Shown: one piece after another, positions 1 through 11,558 of the stretch
Layout: each line of letters begins with the position of its first letter
Numbering within the stretch: the stretch's first letter is position 1
NCBI GenBank assembly: GCA_050740755.1
Contig: JBOIDT010000001.1
Location: 1 to 58,782 of the forward strand
Reading direction: 5' to 3'
Origin: Gammaproteobacteria bacterium
GTDB lineage: Bacteria > Pseudomonadota > Gammaproteobacteria > JACCXJ01
DNA length: 58,782 bases
Notes under the pieces: model-generated
Database searches by the model: none
What the model saw: only the letters and a program-made list of their open reading frames with translations
Told to the model about the DNA's origin: nothing
Made by a program: the position numbers and the translations under genes

Positions 1-1116
<1,116 letters not shown>

Positions 1117-1144
1117 TCAGTGTCCGGGCCGAATGACCAGGCTC

Positions 1145-2641
<1,497 letters not shown>

Positions 2642-3177
2642 AACCCACCCCCTCAATCTTAGGTTGTACCAACAAAAGGACCTGACCTCATCGGCTCGAA
2701 TACCGACCCTGTATCCCCGGCGCCGGGCAACAATCCGATACGTGCAGTCGAGGCGCCCAGCCCTGTGGGGCCGATGGGCAGCCGCCTGCTGTCAGGAAAC
2801 TACGCAATCCGGCCTTCCTGTAGCGGCTCGACCTCTCGCCCGCTGTCAGTAACGGAACTCCATCACGCGAACACTATCACGCCTGCTAATGAAAGCATTA
2901 AGGAATTACAACGCGAGTTGTCAGCGGGGAAGGAACTTTCTTATTGCTATCTTATTACTACAAGGTTATGACTATGATCACTCCCGCAGAGCCGTATAGC
3001 TGAGCGGCCAGGAGGGTCATCCCTGTCTCCTGAGTCTCACATGTGCTCCCCCTGTATTTCGGGACACTTGTAGGACAACGCCGCAGGCAAGTCAAGTAAA
3101 CCTGCCTGCACTCTTGTAGTGCGTATCCGCACTTTTGTGGGTCGTCCTCCCTGGCTCAGACTCGACGGCGGTCTCGC

Positions 3178-3552
3178 TCATGGCCCCTGGATCGCGACCT
3201 CGGCACCACTGGAAAGATCCTCGGGCGGGTCGAGGACCACTCGATCCCCGCTCGCGACGCCGCGCACGACCACCACTCGATCACCGCGCCGCGCACCCGT
3301 CTCGATCGCGACCTCGGCGACCCGCCCCTCCCGCAATACGAACACGATCGCCTTGCCCTCGCGTGAGACCACCGCCCCGAGCGGTACCGAGACCCTCGCC
3401 TGACGTTCCTCCGGTGTGGGCTCTTGCGACAGAAAAGCGACCTTGGCGCTCATGTCGGGCAGGATGCGCGGATCCAAGTCGATGAATCGGATCTTGACGC
3501 CGTCCGGCGGTGCCAGCGGCCGCACTACATCGAAATCGGTGTTGTCGGGCAC
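3178..3552 (-). pseudogene. C-terminal fragment of an RND/HlyD-family periplasmic adaptor (membrane fusion protein)
   Basis: Only the last ~120 aa are present: ...ILPDMSAKVAFLS...VPLGAVVSREGKAIVFVLREGRVAEVAIETGARRGDRVVVVRGVASGDRVVLDPPEDLSSGAEV. This is a typical MFP C-terminal beta-barrel/MP domain. There is no upstream lipoyl or hairpin part, and the upstream frame is broken. Confidence 0.55.
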
Positions 3553-4235
3553 GCGCGCGCCGTCGCCTGCGGTCCTTCCAGCGGTGAAACACGAAGACGT
3601 GATCCGGCCAGCCTTCCGTGAAGACCGGGCCGCCGGGCGTGAGATCGTCCATCGTCTCGATCCGGATCCACCCCAGCTCCTCCTCGAGGTAAGCCGAGAG
3701 CGCGATGCGCGACACGCCTATTGCGGAACGCCCACAAGGGCCTTCCGCCTTACGCGCGTTGCTCCGGCTGCTGTGCCTAGGACGCCGCTTTCACCGGCAT
3801 GCGCTCGCGGCCGTCTGCGCACCGTTCGTGCCCGCCAAGGCGGCGCAAAACCTGCTGTGAAAAATGGGGTCGGATGAATCTTATTGCGGGTCTTTCATTA
3901 CCGTTAAACGTCAAAAATTGCACTCCGACGCCATTTTTCTCTCATCAGCAGGTCGCCCCGCAGCCGCGCGCGCTCTTCCAGGCGGCACTCGCACCCCAAG
4001 CACCCCACCACTAGATCAAGGGCGGGGCGAGCGCGCCGAGCAGGCGCAGCACGAGCTGTCCGGGCAGCATCAAACCCGCGGCATCCGGGCCGAGCCAAAC
4101 ACCGACGACGACCCCTCTCCAGGAGGTGTTCCCACCCTATGTCTGGGTCCTGAAGCGCGAGGTCACGTATCTCCGCTCGACCGGACGACACCGGCCCTCG
4201 CGAATAGCGCGAAATCGAGTGGCGAGCGTCTGGAT

Positions 4236-4964
4236 CTACTCCCGTGACGAGCCGAAAAGGGTCTGGATCCGCTCCTGGATCCGTTCCACCGCCGCGCGCG
4301 GGTCCGGGGCATCGCGGATGGGGCGGCCGACCACGATGTAGTCGGCGCCGTTGCGAAACGCCTGCTCGACATCCACCGTGCGCTTCTGGTCGTCGGTGTT
4401 CGCCACCGGGCGGATGCCCGGGGTGACGATCAGGAACCCATCTCCGAGTGATGCGCGCAGCCGCTCGGCCTCCAGCCCCGAGGACACCACACCGTCGCAG
4501 CCGAGGGCTAGGGCGCGTCTGGCGCGGGACAGCACCAGCGCTTCCACATCGCACTTAAAGCCGAGGTCTGTGAGATCGCCCTGGTCCAGGCTGGTCAGCA
4601 CGGTCACCGCGAGGATCCGGACCGAACCCTTCTCGCCGGCCGCGGCGGCCAGGATCGCGTCGTTGCCGTGTACGGTGGCGAAGGCGGGCCTGCGTTTGGC
4701 CAACTGCCGCACGGCGAGGCGTACTGTTTCGGGCACATCGAAGAACTTGAGGTCCACCATGACCTTCTTGCCCTGGTCCGCCAGCCCGTCCATGAGCTCG
4801 AAATAGCCGCCCGCCATGAACAGCTCGAGGCCGAGCTTGTAGAAGGATACGGCCCCACCCAGCGTGGCCACGACACGGATCGCGTCAACCGTGCTCGGGA
4901 CATCGAGGGCGAAGATGAGGCGTTCGGAAGCTGGAATGGCTTTTGTGGACAGGTATGACGCCAT
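4236..4964 (-). CDS. pyrF: Orotidine 5'-phosphate decarboxylase
   Basis: MASYLSTKAIPASERLIFALDVP...FYKLGLELF...VMVDLKFFDVPETV...TVHG...DYIVVGRPI. The internal ATG 4964 is preceded by GGGGGA. The longer 5093 start adds a non-homologous leader. Confidence 0.93.
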   Translation of the reverse strand: MASYLSTKAIPASERLIFALDVPSTVDAIRVVATLGGAVSFYKLGLELFMAGGYFELMDGLADQGKKVMVDLKFFDVPETVRLAVRQLAKRRPAFATVHGNDAILAAAAGEKGSVRILAVTVLTSLDQGDLTDLGFKCDVEALVLSRARRALALGCDGVVSSGLEAERLRASLGDGFLIVTPGIRPVANTDDQKRTVDVEQAFRNGADYIVVGRPIRDAPDPRAAVERIQERIQTLFGSSRE

Positions 4965-5258
4965 CGTTCTTATCCCCCACGGGACGCCATTCTTCAATAA
5001 GGCCGCCCGCATTGCAAACGCGATAACGGCACTGCATCCGCTGCGGGGCGCTCGATGAGCGCGCTGGATGCCCGTACTGCTCCGAGGTTTCACGAGCCCC
5101 TTGTTCTAGTACGTTTCGTGGAATAAACGCCTGGCGTGGGTGGACGCCCTCATCGCTGCGGCGTCGCAAGCGCGCGGAGCGTGCCTGGTCCACCGCGACG
5201 AGCACTTGGCGGCGCATCGCGCACTCAGAGGTCGCTAGGACACTCTAAACGCAACTCT

Positions 5259-5462
5259 GCTGACGAGCCTACGCTGGCGTTTCGCTACCTCGCGGCCAAT
5301 ACCCACCCGGATCACGATACGCTCTGCGCCTTCCGCAAGCAGTTCCTCAAGGAGATTGAGGCGCTGTTCGTCCAGGTGCTTTGCCTCGCGAAGGAAATGA
5401 AGCTGTTGAAGCTCAGGACGGTGGCCTTGGACGGGACCAAGATGCACGCCAACGCGTGCTAG
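5259..5462 (+). pseudogene. Internal fragment of an IS5/IS1182-type (DDE) transposase
   Basis: LAFRYLAANTHPDHDTLCAFRKQFLKEIEALFVQVLCLAKEMKLLKLRTVALDGTKMHANA matches the conserved N-terminal helper region of IS5/IS1182-family transposases. There is no DDE catalytic part and it ends in a stop. Confidence 0.6.
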
Positions 5463-5899
5463 AGAGTCTGGATTTCATATGCAACGAGTCCCTTCCCGGA
5501 GATTGTGACCGTCGCAGGCCCTTTCAGCGGAATGCCAACCCCGCCCAACAAGTCAAATGCCACTGGGTTCCCCAGAATGCTAGTAACGGGGAAAGAATCA
5601 CCGCGCTTTGTAAAGATAACGTCCACGGAATCACCGGGACGCACGGAAAGGCCTCTCAAAAGAAGTACCTCATTACGAGCTAGCCTGATTACCTTCGGTG
5701 GTGCACCTTCGGCTCGGACCAGCGTCGTAATCGTCACTTTGACGGTCGGTGTCAAAGGGTCTGCCTGAGGACCGACCGCAAAGCCCCACGGTCTCCCGGA
5801 CGTCCGCTTTAGTCGGTGGTGTACGCCCGGCATGGGCATGAACTTAGGGAAAGTCCCCTGTAGGAGTACCGGTAATGTCTTCTTGTAGAACAAATGCAA
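5459..5899 (-). CDS. Hypothetical protein in a lower-GC patch, possibly a gene remnant
   Basis: 146-aa ORF in a region of visibly lower GC, wedged between two IS remnants. The beta-rich C-terminal half (VRPGDSVDVIFTKRGDSFPVTSILGNPVAF...) matches no family I can name. Confidence 0.3.
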   Translation of the reverse strand: MHLFYKKTLPVLLQGTFPKFMPMPGVHHRLKRTSGRPWGFAVGPQADPLTPTVKVTITTLVRAEGAPPKVIRLARNEVLLLRGLSVRPGDSVDVIFTKRGDSFPVTSILGNPVAFDLLGGVGIPLKGPATVTISGKGLVAYEIQTL

Positions 5900-6055
5900 A
5901 TCTAGCCAAAAATATTTGAAATTTTGATTCCATCGGTCGTTCGCCCGATGATCTTGTTGCGACAGAAGTTCGGCTCTTCAGGACAATTTGTGGCTGGTAG
6001 CAAATCGTTCGTGTATGGTGCGGTTCGCTGGGTGGAGGGCGCCCCCTCCCCGACT

Positions 6056-6323
6056 CTGGAAGTGGAACTGCACCCGCGGGCCAATAGCCAGCCGGTATGC
6101 TCGGGCTGTGGGCGGAGCGGGCCGGGGTACGACAGGTTGCCGGCCCGGCGCTTCGAGTTCGTGCCGCTTGGGCATGAAGGTGTTCCTGGTCTATGCACCG
6201 CGACGGGTGGAGCGTACGCGCTGCGGGGTACGGGTGGAGGAGATGCCCTGGGCGGAGGGCAAACACCCGGTGACCCGGACCTACGCCTGGTTCACCACGA
6301 GCCGGCGGTTCTTCACGTCGTAG
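6056..6323 (+). pseudogene. Frameshifted N-terminal fragment of an ISL3-family transposase (zinc-finger region)
   Basis: Frame A gives CSGCGRSGPGYDRLPARRFEFVPLG. Frame B continues MKVFLVYAPRRVERTRCGVRVEEMPWAEGKHPVTRTYAWF. Together these resemble the zf-ISL3 N terminus. The fragment is truncated after ~90 aa. Confidence 0.55.
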
Positions 6324-6361
6324 CCGAGCGGGGCGCTTTAACAATATCTGATTGATTATAT

Positions 6362-6437
6362 TGGCGCTCCCTAGGGGAATCGAACCCCTGTTTTCGCCGT
6401 GAGAGGGCGACGTCCTGGGCCGCTAGACGAAGGGAGC
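6362..6437 (-). tRNA. tRNA-Glu (anticodon CUC)
   Basis: Hand-folded 76-nt cloverleaf. Acceptor GCTCCCT/AGGGAGC. D-stem GTCT/GGAC. Anticodon stem TCGCC/GGCGA with loop CT-CTC-AC. T-arm AGGGG-TTCGATT-CCCCT. Discriminator G and an encoded CCA. Confidence 0.9.
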
Positions 6438-6507
6438 GGGCGCAAAAAGGATGGTATTATAAGCTGTAGGCGATTCGCTCCAAAGCGTTTGGGCGCGCCG
6501 GTCACCG

Positions 6508-7827
6508 ATGGACCCTCGAACCTCCGCGACAGTCACCCATCTCCAGCGCCCACCCCGCGTCATCCCCCGCTCGGGCCACATCATCTCGCGCGCCAACATC
6601 GGCGAGCGGGCGTTGAAGGTCCTGTACCGCCTGAAGAGCGCCGGCTACGAGGCCTATCTGGTCGGCGGCGGCGTGCGCGATCTGCTGCTGGGGCGAGAGC
6701 CCAAGGACTTCGATGTCGCGACCAGCGCCCTGCCGGAGCAGGTGCGCGAGCTGTTTCGCAATTGCCGGCTCATCGGCCGCAGGTTCCGTCTGGCGCACGT
6801 CCATTTCGGGCGCGACATCATCGAGGTGGCGACCTTTCGCAGCCCGCACGCCGCCGGGGCCGGCGAGGGGGGGACCGTCACCGATGCCGGCCGCATCCTG
6901 CGTGACAACGTCTACGGCGACATCGACAGCGATGCCTTCCGTCGCGACTTCACGGTCAATGCCCTGTACTACAACATCGAGGACTTCTCGGTGGTCGACT
7001 ACGTGAGTGGCATGGAGGACATCGAGGCGGGTCGCATCCGCACCATCGGTGACCCGCACCTGCGCTTCCGCGAGGATCCGGTGCGCATGCTGCGCGCGGT
7101 CCGGTTCGCCGCCAAGCTCGGGTTCACCATCGATCCCGCGGCCGAGCGGGCGATCTTTGATCTCGGCGGCCTCTTGGCCGAGATCCCGCCCTCGCGTCTC
7201 TTCGAGGAGATCCAGAAGCTGTTCCTGACGGGGTGCGCCGCGCAGAGCTTCGAATCGCTGCGCCACCATGGCCTATTCGGCGAGTTGTTCCCGCAGATCG
7301 AGACCTGTCTCGGCGAAGAGGAAGGGGGATTCCCGCACATGCTCCTGGTCCGGGCGCTGGAGAACACCGACCGCCGGATCGCGGCGGGCAAGCCGGTCAC
7401 CCCCGCGTTTCTGTTCGCGGCGCTCTTATGGGATCCGCTGCGGCGGCTCATGAACGAGCATCGCGGCCATGGCCTGGCCGCCATGGAGGCCTTGCAGCTC
7501 GCGGCGGACACGGTGATTTCGCGCCAGATCGCGCGCATCGCCATCCCACGCCGCTACACCCAGATGACGCGCGACCTCTGGACCCTGCAGCCCCGGCTGG
7601 CGCGCCGCACCGGCGGCTATCCGTTCCGCGCCCTGGCGCACCCGCGGTTCCGCGCCGCCTATGATTTCCTCGAGCTCCGCACCCTGGCCGGCGAAGAGGT
7701 CCCCGGACTATTCGAATGGTGGACCGAGTTTCAGCACGCGGGCGAGGAGCGCCGGCAGGCCATGATCGAGACCGTGCCCAAGTCCGGTGCGTCGCGCCGC
7801 CGGCGCCGCAAGCGCGCGTCGAGTTGA
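6508..7827 (+). CDS. pcnB: Poly(A) polymerase I
   Basis: LKVLYRLKSAGYEAYLVGGGVRDLLLGREPKDFDVATSALPEQVRELFRNCRLIGRRFRLAHVHFG...EDPVRMLRAVRFAAKLGF is nearly collinear with E. coli PcnB. The basic C-terminal tail is present. The exact start is uncertain. Confidence 0.9.
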   Translation: MDPRTSATVTHLQRPPRVIPRSGHIISRANIGERALKVLYRLKSAGYEAYLVGGGVRDLLLGREPKDFDVATSALPEQVRELFRNCRLIGRRFRLAHVHFGRDIIEVATFRSPHAAGAGEGGTVTDAGRILRDNVYGDIDSDAFRRDFTVNALYYNIEDFSVVDYVSGMEDIEAGRIRTIGDPHLRFREDPVRMLRAVRFAAKLGFTIDPAAERAIFDLGGLLAEIPPSRLFEEIQKLFLTGCAAQSFESLRHHGLFGELFPQIETCLGEEEGGFPHMLLVRALENTDRRIAAGKPVTPAFLFAALLWDPLRRLMNEHRGHGLAAMEALQLAADTVISRQIARIAIPRRYTQMTRDLWTLQPRLARRTGGYPFRALAHPRFRAAYDFLELRTLAGEEVPGLFEWWTEFQHAGEERRQAMIETVPKSGASRRRRRKRASS

Positions 7828-8363
7828 TGGCGGGGGTGCCGCTGTGGCGCGGGGACGATCCCGTGCGCTGTTATGTCGGTCTCGGGAGCAACCTCGACGA
7901 CCCGGTCTTGCAGGTCCGGCGTGGTTTGACGGCGCTCGCGGCCTTGCCGGATACCGAGGTCGTCCGGCCTTCCTCCCTCTATCGCAGCCCCCCCATGGGC
8001 CCACCCGGCCAGCCGGACTATGTGAATGCCGTGTGCGCGCTGGCGACGCGCCTGCCCGCCCCGCGGCTCTTTGCCCACCTGCAGGGCATCGAGAAGCGGC
8101 ACGGGCGGGTGCGCGGGCCGGTGCGCTGGGGGCCGCGTATCCTGGACCTCGATCTCCTGCTGTACGGGGACGCCGAGCTCTCTGGGCCGGACCTGACGGT
8201 GCCGCACCCCGGGCTCGCGGAACGCGCCTTCGTGCTGTACCCGCTCCTGGAGATCGCGCCTGGACTGGAGGTACCCACCCTGGGGCCGATCGCGTCGTTG
8301 ATCCGGAACTGTCCGATCGCGGGCCTGGAGAAGATTCGGATGAGCGCGCGCGCCGCCTCGTAG
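7827..8363 (+). CDS. folK: 2-amino-4-hydroxy-6-hydroxymethyldihydropteridine pyrophosphokinase
   Basis: YVGLGSNLDDP...LYRSPPMGPPGQPDYVNAV...RWGPRILDLDLLLYG...LTVPHPGLAERAFVLYPL. The start overlaps the pcnB stop (TGATG), and the pcnB-folK order is conserved. Confidence 0.9.
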   Translation: MAGVPLWRGDDPVRCYVGLGSNLDDPVLQVRRGLTALAALPDTEVVRPSSLYRSPPMGPPGQPDYVNAVCALATRLPAPRLFAHLQGIEKRHGRVRGPVRWGPRILDLDLLLYGDAELSGPDLTVPHPGLAERAFVLYPLLEIAPGLEVPTLGPIASLIRNCPIAGLEKIRMSARAAS

Positions 8364-8370
8364 CCGCATC

Positions 8371-9165
8371 ATGGGCAGGATCTCGATCACCGATTTGAAA
8401 CGGCTGAAGGGCAGCGGCGAGCGTATCGCCTGCCTCACGGCCTACGACGCCACCTTCGCTCGGCTCTGCGATCGAGCGGGTGTCGAAATGCTCCTGGTCG
8501 GCGATTCCCTGGGCATGGTGATCCAGGGCGGCGATACGACCCTCGAAGTGCGCCTCGCCGACATGATCTACCACACGCGCTGCGTGCGACGAGGCTCAGA
8601 GCGGGCGATCATCGTCGCCGACATGCCGTTCATGAGCTACGCGACACCGCCCGCGGCGCTCGGGAATGCCGCGCGGCTCCTCGGCGAGGGCGGCGCCCAG
8701 GTGGTCAAGCTCGAGGGGGGGGCGTGGCTCGCCGAGTGTGTGAGGCTCCTGTGCGAACGCGGGATCCCGGTCTGTGGCCATCTCGGGCTCACGCCGCAGT
8801 CCATCCACCGGCTGGGCGGCTATCGGGTCCAGGGCCGCGAGCCCGCGGCGGCGGAGGGACTGCGGCGCGACGCCAAGGTCCTGAGCGAGGCGGGCGCCGT
8901 GATGCTGGTCCTGGAGTGCGTTCCGCGCGGCCTCGCGGCCGCGATCACGACCGCACTCGACATGCCCGTGATCGGCATCGGCGCCGGTGGCGACTGCGAC
9001 GGCCAGGTCCTCGTGCTCCACGACCTGCTCGGCGCCACCGAGCACAGCCCGCGATTCTCCAAGGATTTCCTGGCCCCGGCGGGCAGCGTCAAAGAGGCCT
9101 TCGCGGCCTATGTGCGCGAGGTCAAATCGGGGGCCTTCCCCGGCCCCGAGCACGGCTTCGATTGA
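8371..9165 (+). CDS. panB: 3-methyl-2-oxobutanoate hydroxymethyltransferase
   Basis: ITDLKRLKGSGERIACLTAYDATFA...LLVGDSLGMVIQG...VVADMPFMSY...VKLEGG...VCGHLGLTPQS. Confidence 0.95.
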   Translation: MGRISITDLKRLKGSGERIACLTAYDATFARLCDRAGVEMLLVGDSLGMVIQGGDTTLEVRLADMIYHTRCVRRGSERAIIVADMPFMSYATPPAALGNAARLLGEGGAQVVKLEGGAWLAECVRLLCERGIPVCGHLGLTPQSIHRLGGYRVQGREPAAAEGLRRDAKVLSEAGAVMLVLECVPRGLAAAITTALDMPVIGIGAGGDCDGQVLVLHDLLGATEHSPRFSKDFLAPAGSVKEAFAAYVREVKSGAFPGPEHGFD

Positions 9166-10019
9166 TGGAGACAGTTGCGCGGCCCGGCACCCTGCGCGAG
9201 CGCCTGAGAGCGTGGCGCTCTGAGGAGCAGCGCATCGCCCTCGTACCGACGATGGGCAACCTGCACATCGGTCACCTCGCGTTGATCCGCAAGGGGCGGA
9301 CGCTGGCCGAGCGCAGCGTGGTATCGGTGTTTGTCAACCCCACGCAGTTCGTCTCCGGCGAGGACTTCGAACGCTATCCCAGGACCCTGGAAGCGGACGC
9401 GCGCCTGCTCCTCGAAGCGGGGGTGGACCTGCTCTTCGCCCCGGAGATCGGCGACCTCTATCCCCGTGGCCTCGCCGGGCACGCGCGTGTCGAGGTACCG
9501 GCGCTCGACCATATCCTGTGCGGGGCGTCCCGGCCCGGGCATTTCACCGGCGTGGCCACCGTGGTAACCAAGCTCCTCAATCTCGTGGCGCCCGATGTCG
9601 CGGTATTCGGCCAGAAGGACTATCAACAGCTCGTGCTGATCAGGCGCCTGGTCGCCGATCTCGATTTTCCCGTCTCCATCGAGTCCGTGGACACCGTCAG
9701 GGAGGCCGACGGTCTGGCCCTGAGCTCGCGCAACCGTTACCTCAGCACCGAGGAACGGGCCATCGCGCCGGGGCTCTACCGCGCGCTTCAACACGCGGCA
9801 GAGGTGCTGCGCTTGGGGAACCGCGACTATGCCGGCGTCGAGGCGCGGGGGGTCTCGCGGCTCCACGCCCTCGGGTTTCGGCCCGATTATTTCGCGGTGC
9901 GGCGGGCACGCGATCTCATGGCAGCGCAGCAAATGGACACCGATCTGGTGGTCCTGGCGGCCGCCTGGCTGGGCGACACCCGGCTCATCGACAATACCGC
10001 CGTGCACAGCTCGCATTGA
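9165..10019 (+). CDS. panC: Pantoate--beta-alanine ligase
   Basis: Internal ATG 9165 overlaps the panB stop (TGATG). [22 protein letters not shown]...[11 protein letters not shown]...FGQKDYQQL...[12 protein letters not shown]. The 8724 extension is a GC-rich artefact inside panB. Confidence 0.93.
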   Translation: METVARPGTLRERLRAWRSEEQRIALVPTMGNLHIGHLALIRKGRTLAERSVVSVFVNPTQFVSGEDFERYPRTLEADARLLLEAGVDLLFAPEIGDLYPRGLAGHARVEVPALDHILCGASRPGHFTGVATVVTKLLNLVAPDVAVFGQKDYQQLVLIRRLVADLDFPVSIESVDTVREADGLALSSRNRYLSTEERAIAPGLYRALQHAAEVLRLGNRDYAGVEARGVSRLHALGFRPDYFAVRRARDLMAAQQMDTDLVVLAAAWLGDTRLIDNTAVHSSH

Positions 10020-10074
10020 AGGGTCGGCGAGTTTAGGCCATAATCGCGGATCTGCGCTGGTGCGGCCGCCCCCG

Positions 10075-10455
10075 ATGTATCTGACTGTACTGAAAGCCAA
10101 ACTGCATCGTGCCCGGGTGACCCATGCGGAGCGCGAGTACGAGGGCTCGTGCGCGATAGATGGACGGCTGCTGGAAGCCGCCGGGATCCGCGAGTATGAG
10201 CAGATCCAGATCTACAACCTCGCCAACGGCGAACGCTTCACGACCTATGCGATCCGCGCCGAGGTCGGCTCGCGCGTGATCTCGGTGAATGGCGCGGCGG
10301 CCCACAAGGCCGCGCCCGGCGACCGCGTGATCATCTGCAGCTACGTGGGCTTGAGCAAGGAAGAACTGGTCGGGTTCGCGCCGACCCTGGTCTATGTCGA
10401 CGAGCACAACCGCATCACCCGCGTCGGTCACGCCATTCCGGTACAAGCCGCTTGA
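10075..10455 (+). CDS. panD: Aspartate 1-decarboxylase
   Basis: [38 protein letters not shown]...ISVNGAAA, including the GS self-cleavage site. Confidence 0.93.
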   Translation: MYLTVLKAKLHRARVTHAEREYEGSCAIDGRLLEAAGIREYEQIQIYNLANGERFTTYAIRAEVGSRVISVNGAAAHKAAPGDRVIICSYVGLSKEELVGFAPTLVYVDEHNRITRVGHAIPVQAA

Positions 10456-10567
10456 TGGTCGGCCGGCCATGACACCGTTCTCGGCCCTTGCTCCCTCGTC
10501 TCCGCTCAGTGCTCTCGGTGTGGTGATCAAGTCGGCGGCGCGATCGTAATTGATCGATGCCTCAACC

Positions 10568-10595
10568 TTGACAGAGGGTAAGCGACCGGTATGAT
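10568..10595 (+). promoter_or_regulatory. Putative sigma70 promoter (TTGACA-16 nt-TATGAT)
   Basis: A perfect -35 at 10568..10573 and a near-consensus -10 at 10590..10595. It lies ~90 nt upstream of the small ORF at 10684. Confidence 0.4.
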
Positions 10596-10683
10596 GGACG
10601 CCCGACCGGGGTGCTCGGCCGCGGGCATGCTCGAGTCGCGGTCCAAGGGTGTTTCGTACACTGTCAACGAAGAGGAAACTACA

Positions 10684-10797
10684 ATGGGCGGAATTTTGGA
10701 AGCGGTCGAGATGTTACAGTCACCGGTCGGGATCGTCGTCGCGCTGGTCGCGGTCGGCGCGATCGTGCTATTCGTTCGCTGGATGAAACAAGACTAG
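10684..10797 (+). CDS. Small single-pass membrane protein (37 aa), hypothetical
   Basis: MGGILEAVEMLQSPVGIVVALVAVGAIVLFVRWMKQD. It has a GAGGAAA SD-like element 7 nt upstream and the candidate promoter at 10568. No family was recognised. Confidence 0.4.
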   Translation: MGGILEAVEMLQSPVGIVVALVAVGAIVLFVRWMKQD

Positions 10798-11558
10798 CCC
10801 GGCAGCGTTACGCGCGTACGAAGGGTTGAGTCGCGGCTGTGTCCCCCTCCCAGGCGGGCCCAGGCGGGAGGGGGCGCGGGGTTTCGTCCCGGGAGTCCAG
10901 CGAGCGGGTGGTGGTACATCGGGTCGTGGCATGGGCCCGGCGACCACGGTCACAGTCCTTCAACGCCGCCGTTAGTCTGCGTCGGCGGCGGTGCGTATTT
11001 CCCAAAACGACTCGCACTAGCGTAGGCTCGAGAGGGCAGTCTGTCCCGGATCGCGCTCCAGAAGCGGGATGAGCGAGGGTGGGGCGGCAGCGGATCGAGT
11101 AGCCCTGCGTGCGTCCTGCGTGTCGCGGATCGAATTCGCCATTCGGAACTTCCATTGACTCCCCGAGGTCCGATTCCTTTTTCATCGTGTAGATCATCCG
11201 TTCTTGGACGAGAACGGTGAGGGAACACACACGCGGAGCACAGCCGGGGTCAGCCGCTCACGTCGTTTCGGACCCCGATGTGCGATCGGCCGGCATCGCT
11301 GAGATCGCCTGGCCTCGGCGGGTCCTTTCCTATCACACACATCGCTTGCGGATCGAACCCTGCAGACGAGAACGCATCCTGGGCGTATTTCACGCCTTGG
11401 CCGCGCCGGTTTGATCTGGATCAAACCTTTGACGCTTGCTGGGCAATGCCTCGTCGTTTTGGAGCGGGAGTCACTCATCCGCTCATGTGAGCGCACGATG
11501 TGTCGCATCGGAGCGTGATATCCGGAGGCGATGCCGCGCCGCATCGTGGAGACTGTCC

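Noticed and set aside
3904-4554. 216-aa minus-strand ORF extending from the decayed region into pyrF
   Set aside because: It overlaps the well-supported pyrF frame, its composition is Arg/Pro-rich, and it has no motifs.
6399-6905. 168-aa plus-strand ORF overlapping the tRNA-Glu gene and the start of pcnB
   Set aside because: It overlaps a cleanly folding tRNA and the pcnB frame, and its composition is Arg/Pro/Gly-rich.
8724-9164. N-terminal extensions of ORF-track entries for panC. The same applies to folK, panD, pyrF, smc, hslV, pntAB, the ABC ATPase, GldG-like, the terpene synthase and the GGDEF-EAL gene.
   Set aside because: The homologous protein begins at an internal ATG that either overlaps the upstream stop or has an SD. 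The extensions overlap upstream genes and are compositionally aberrant.
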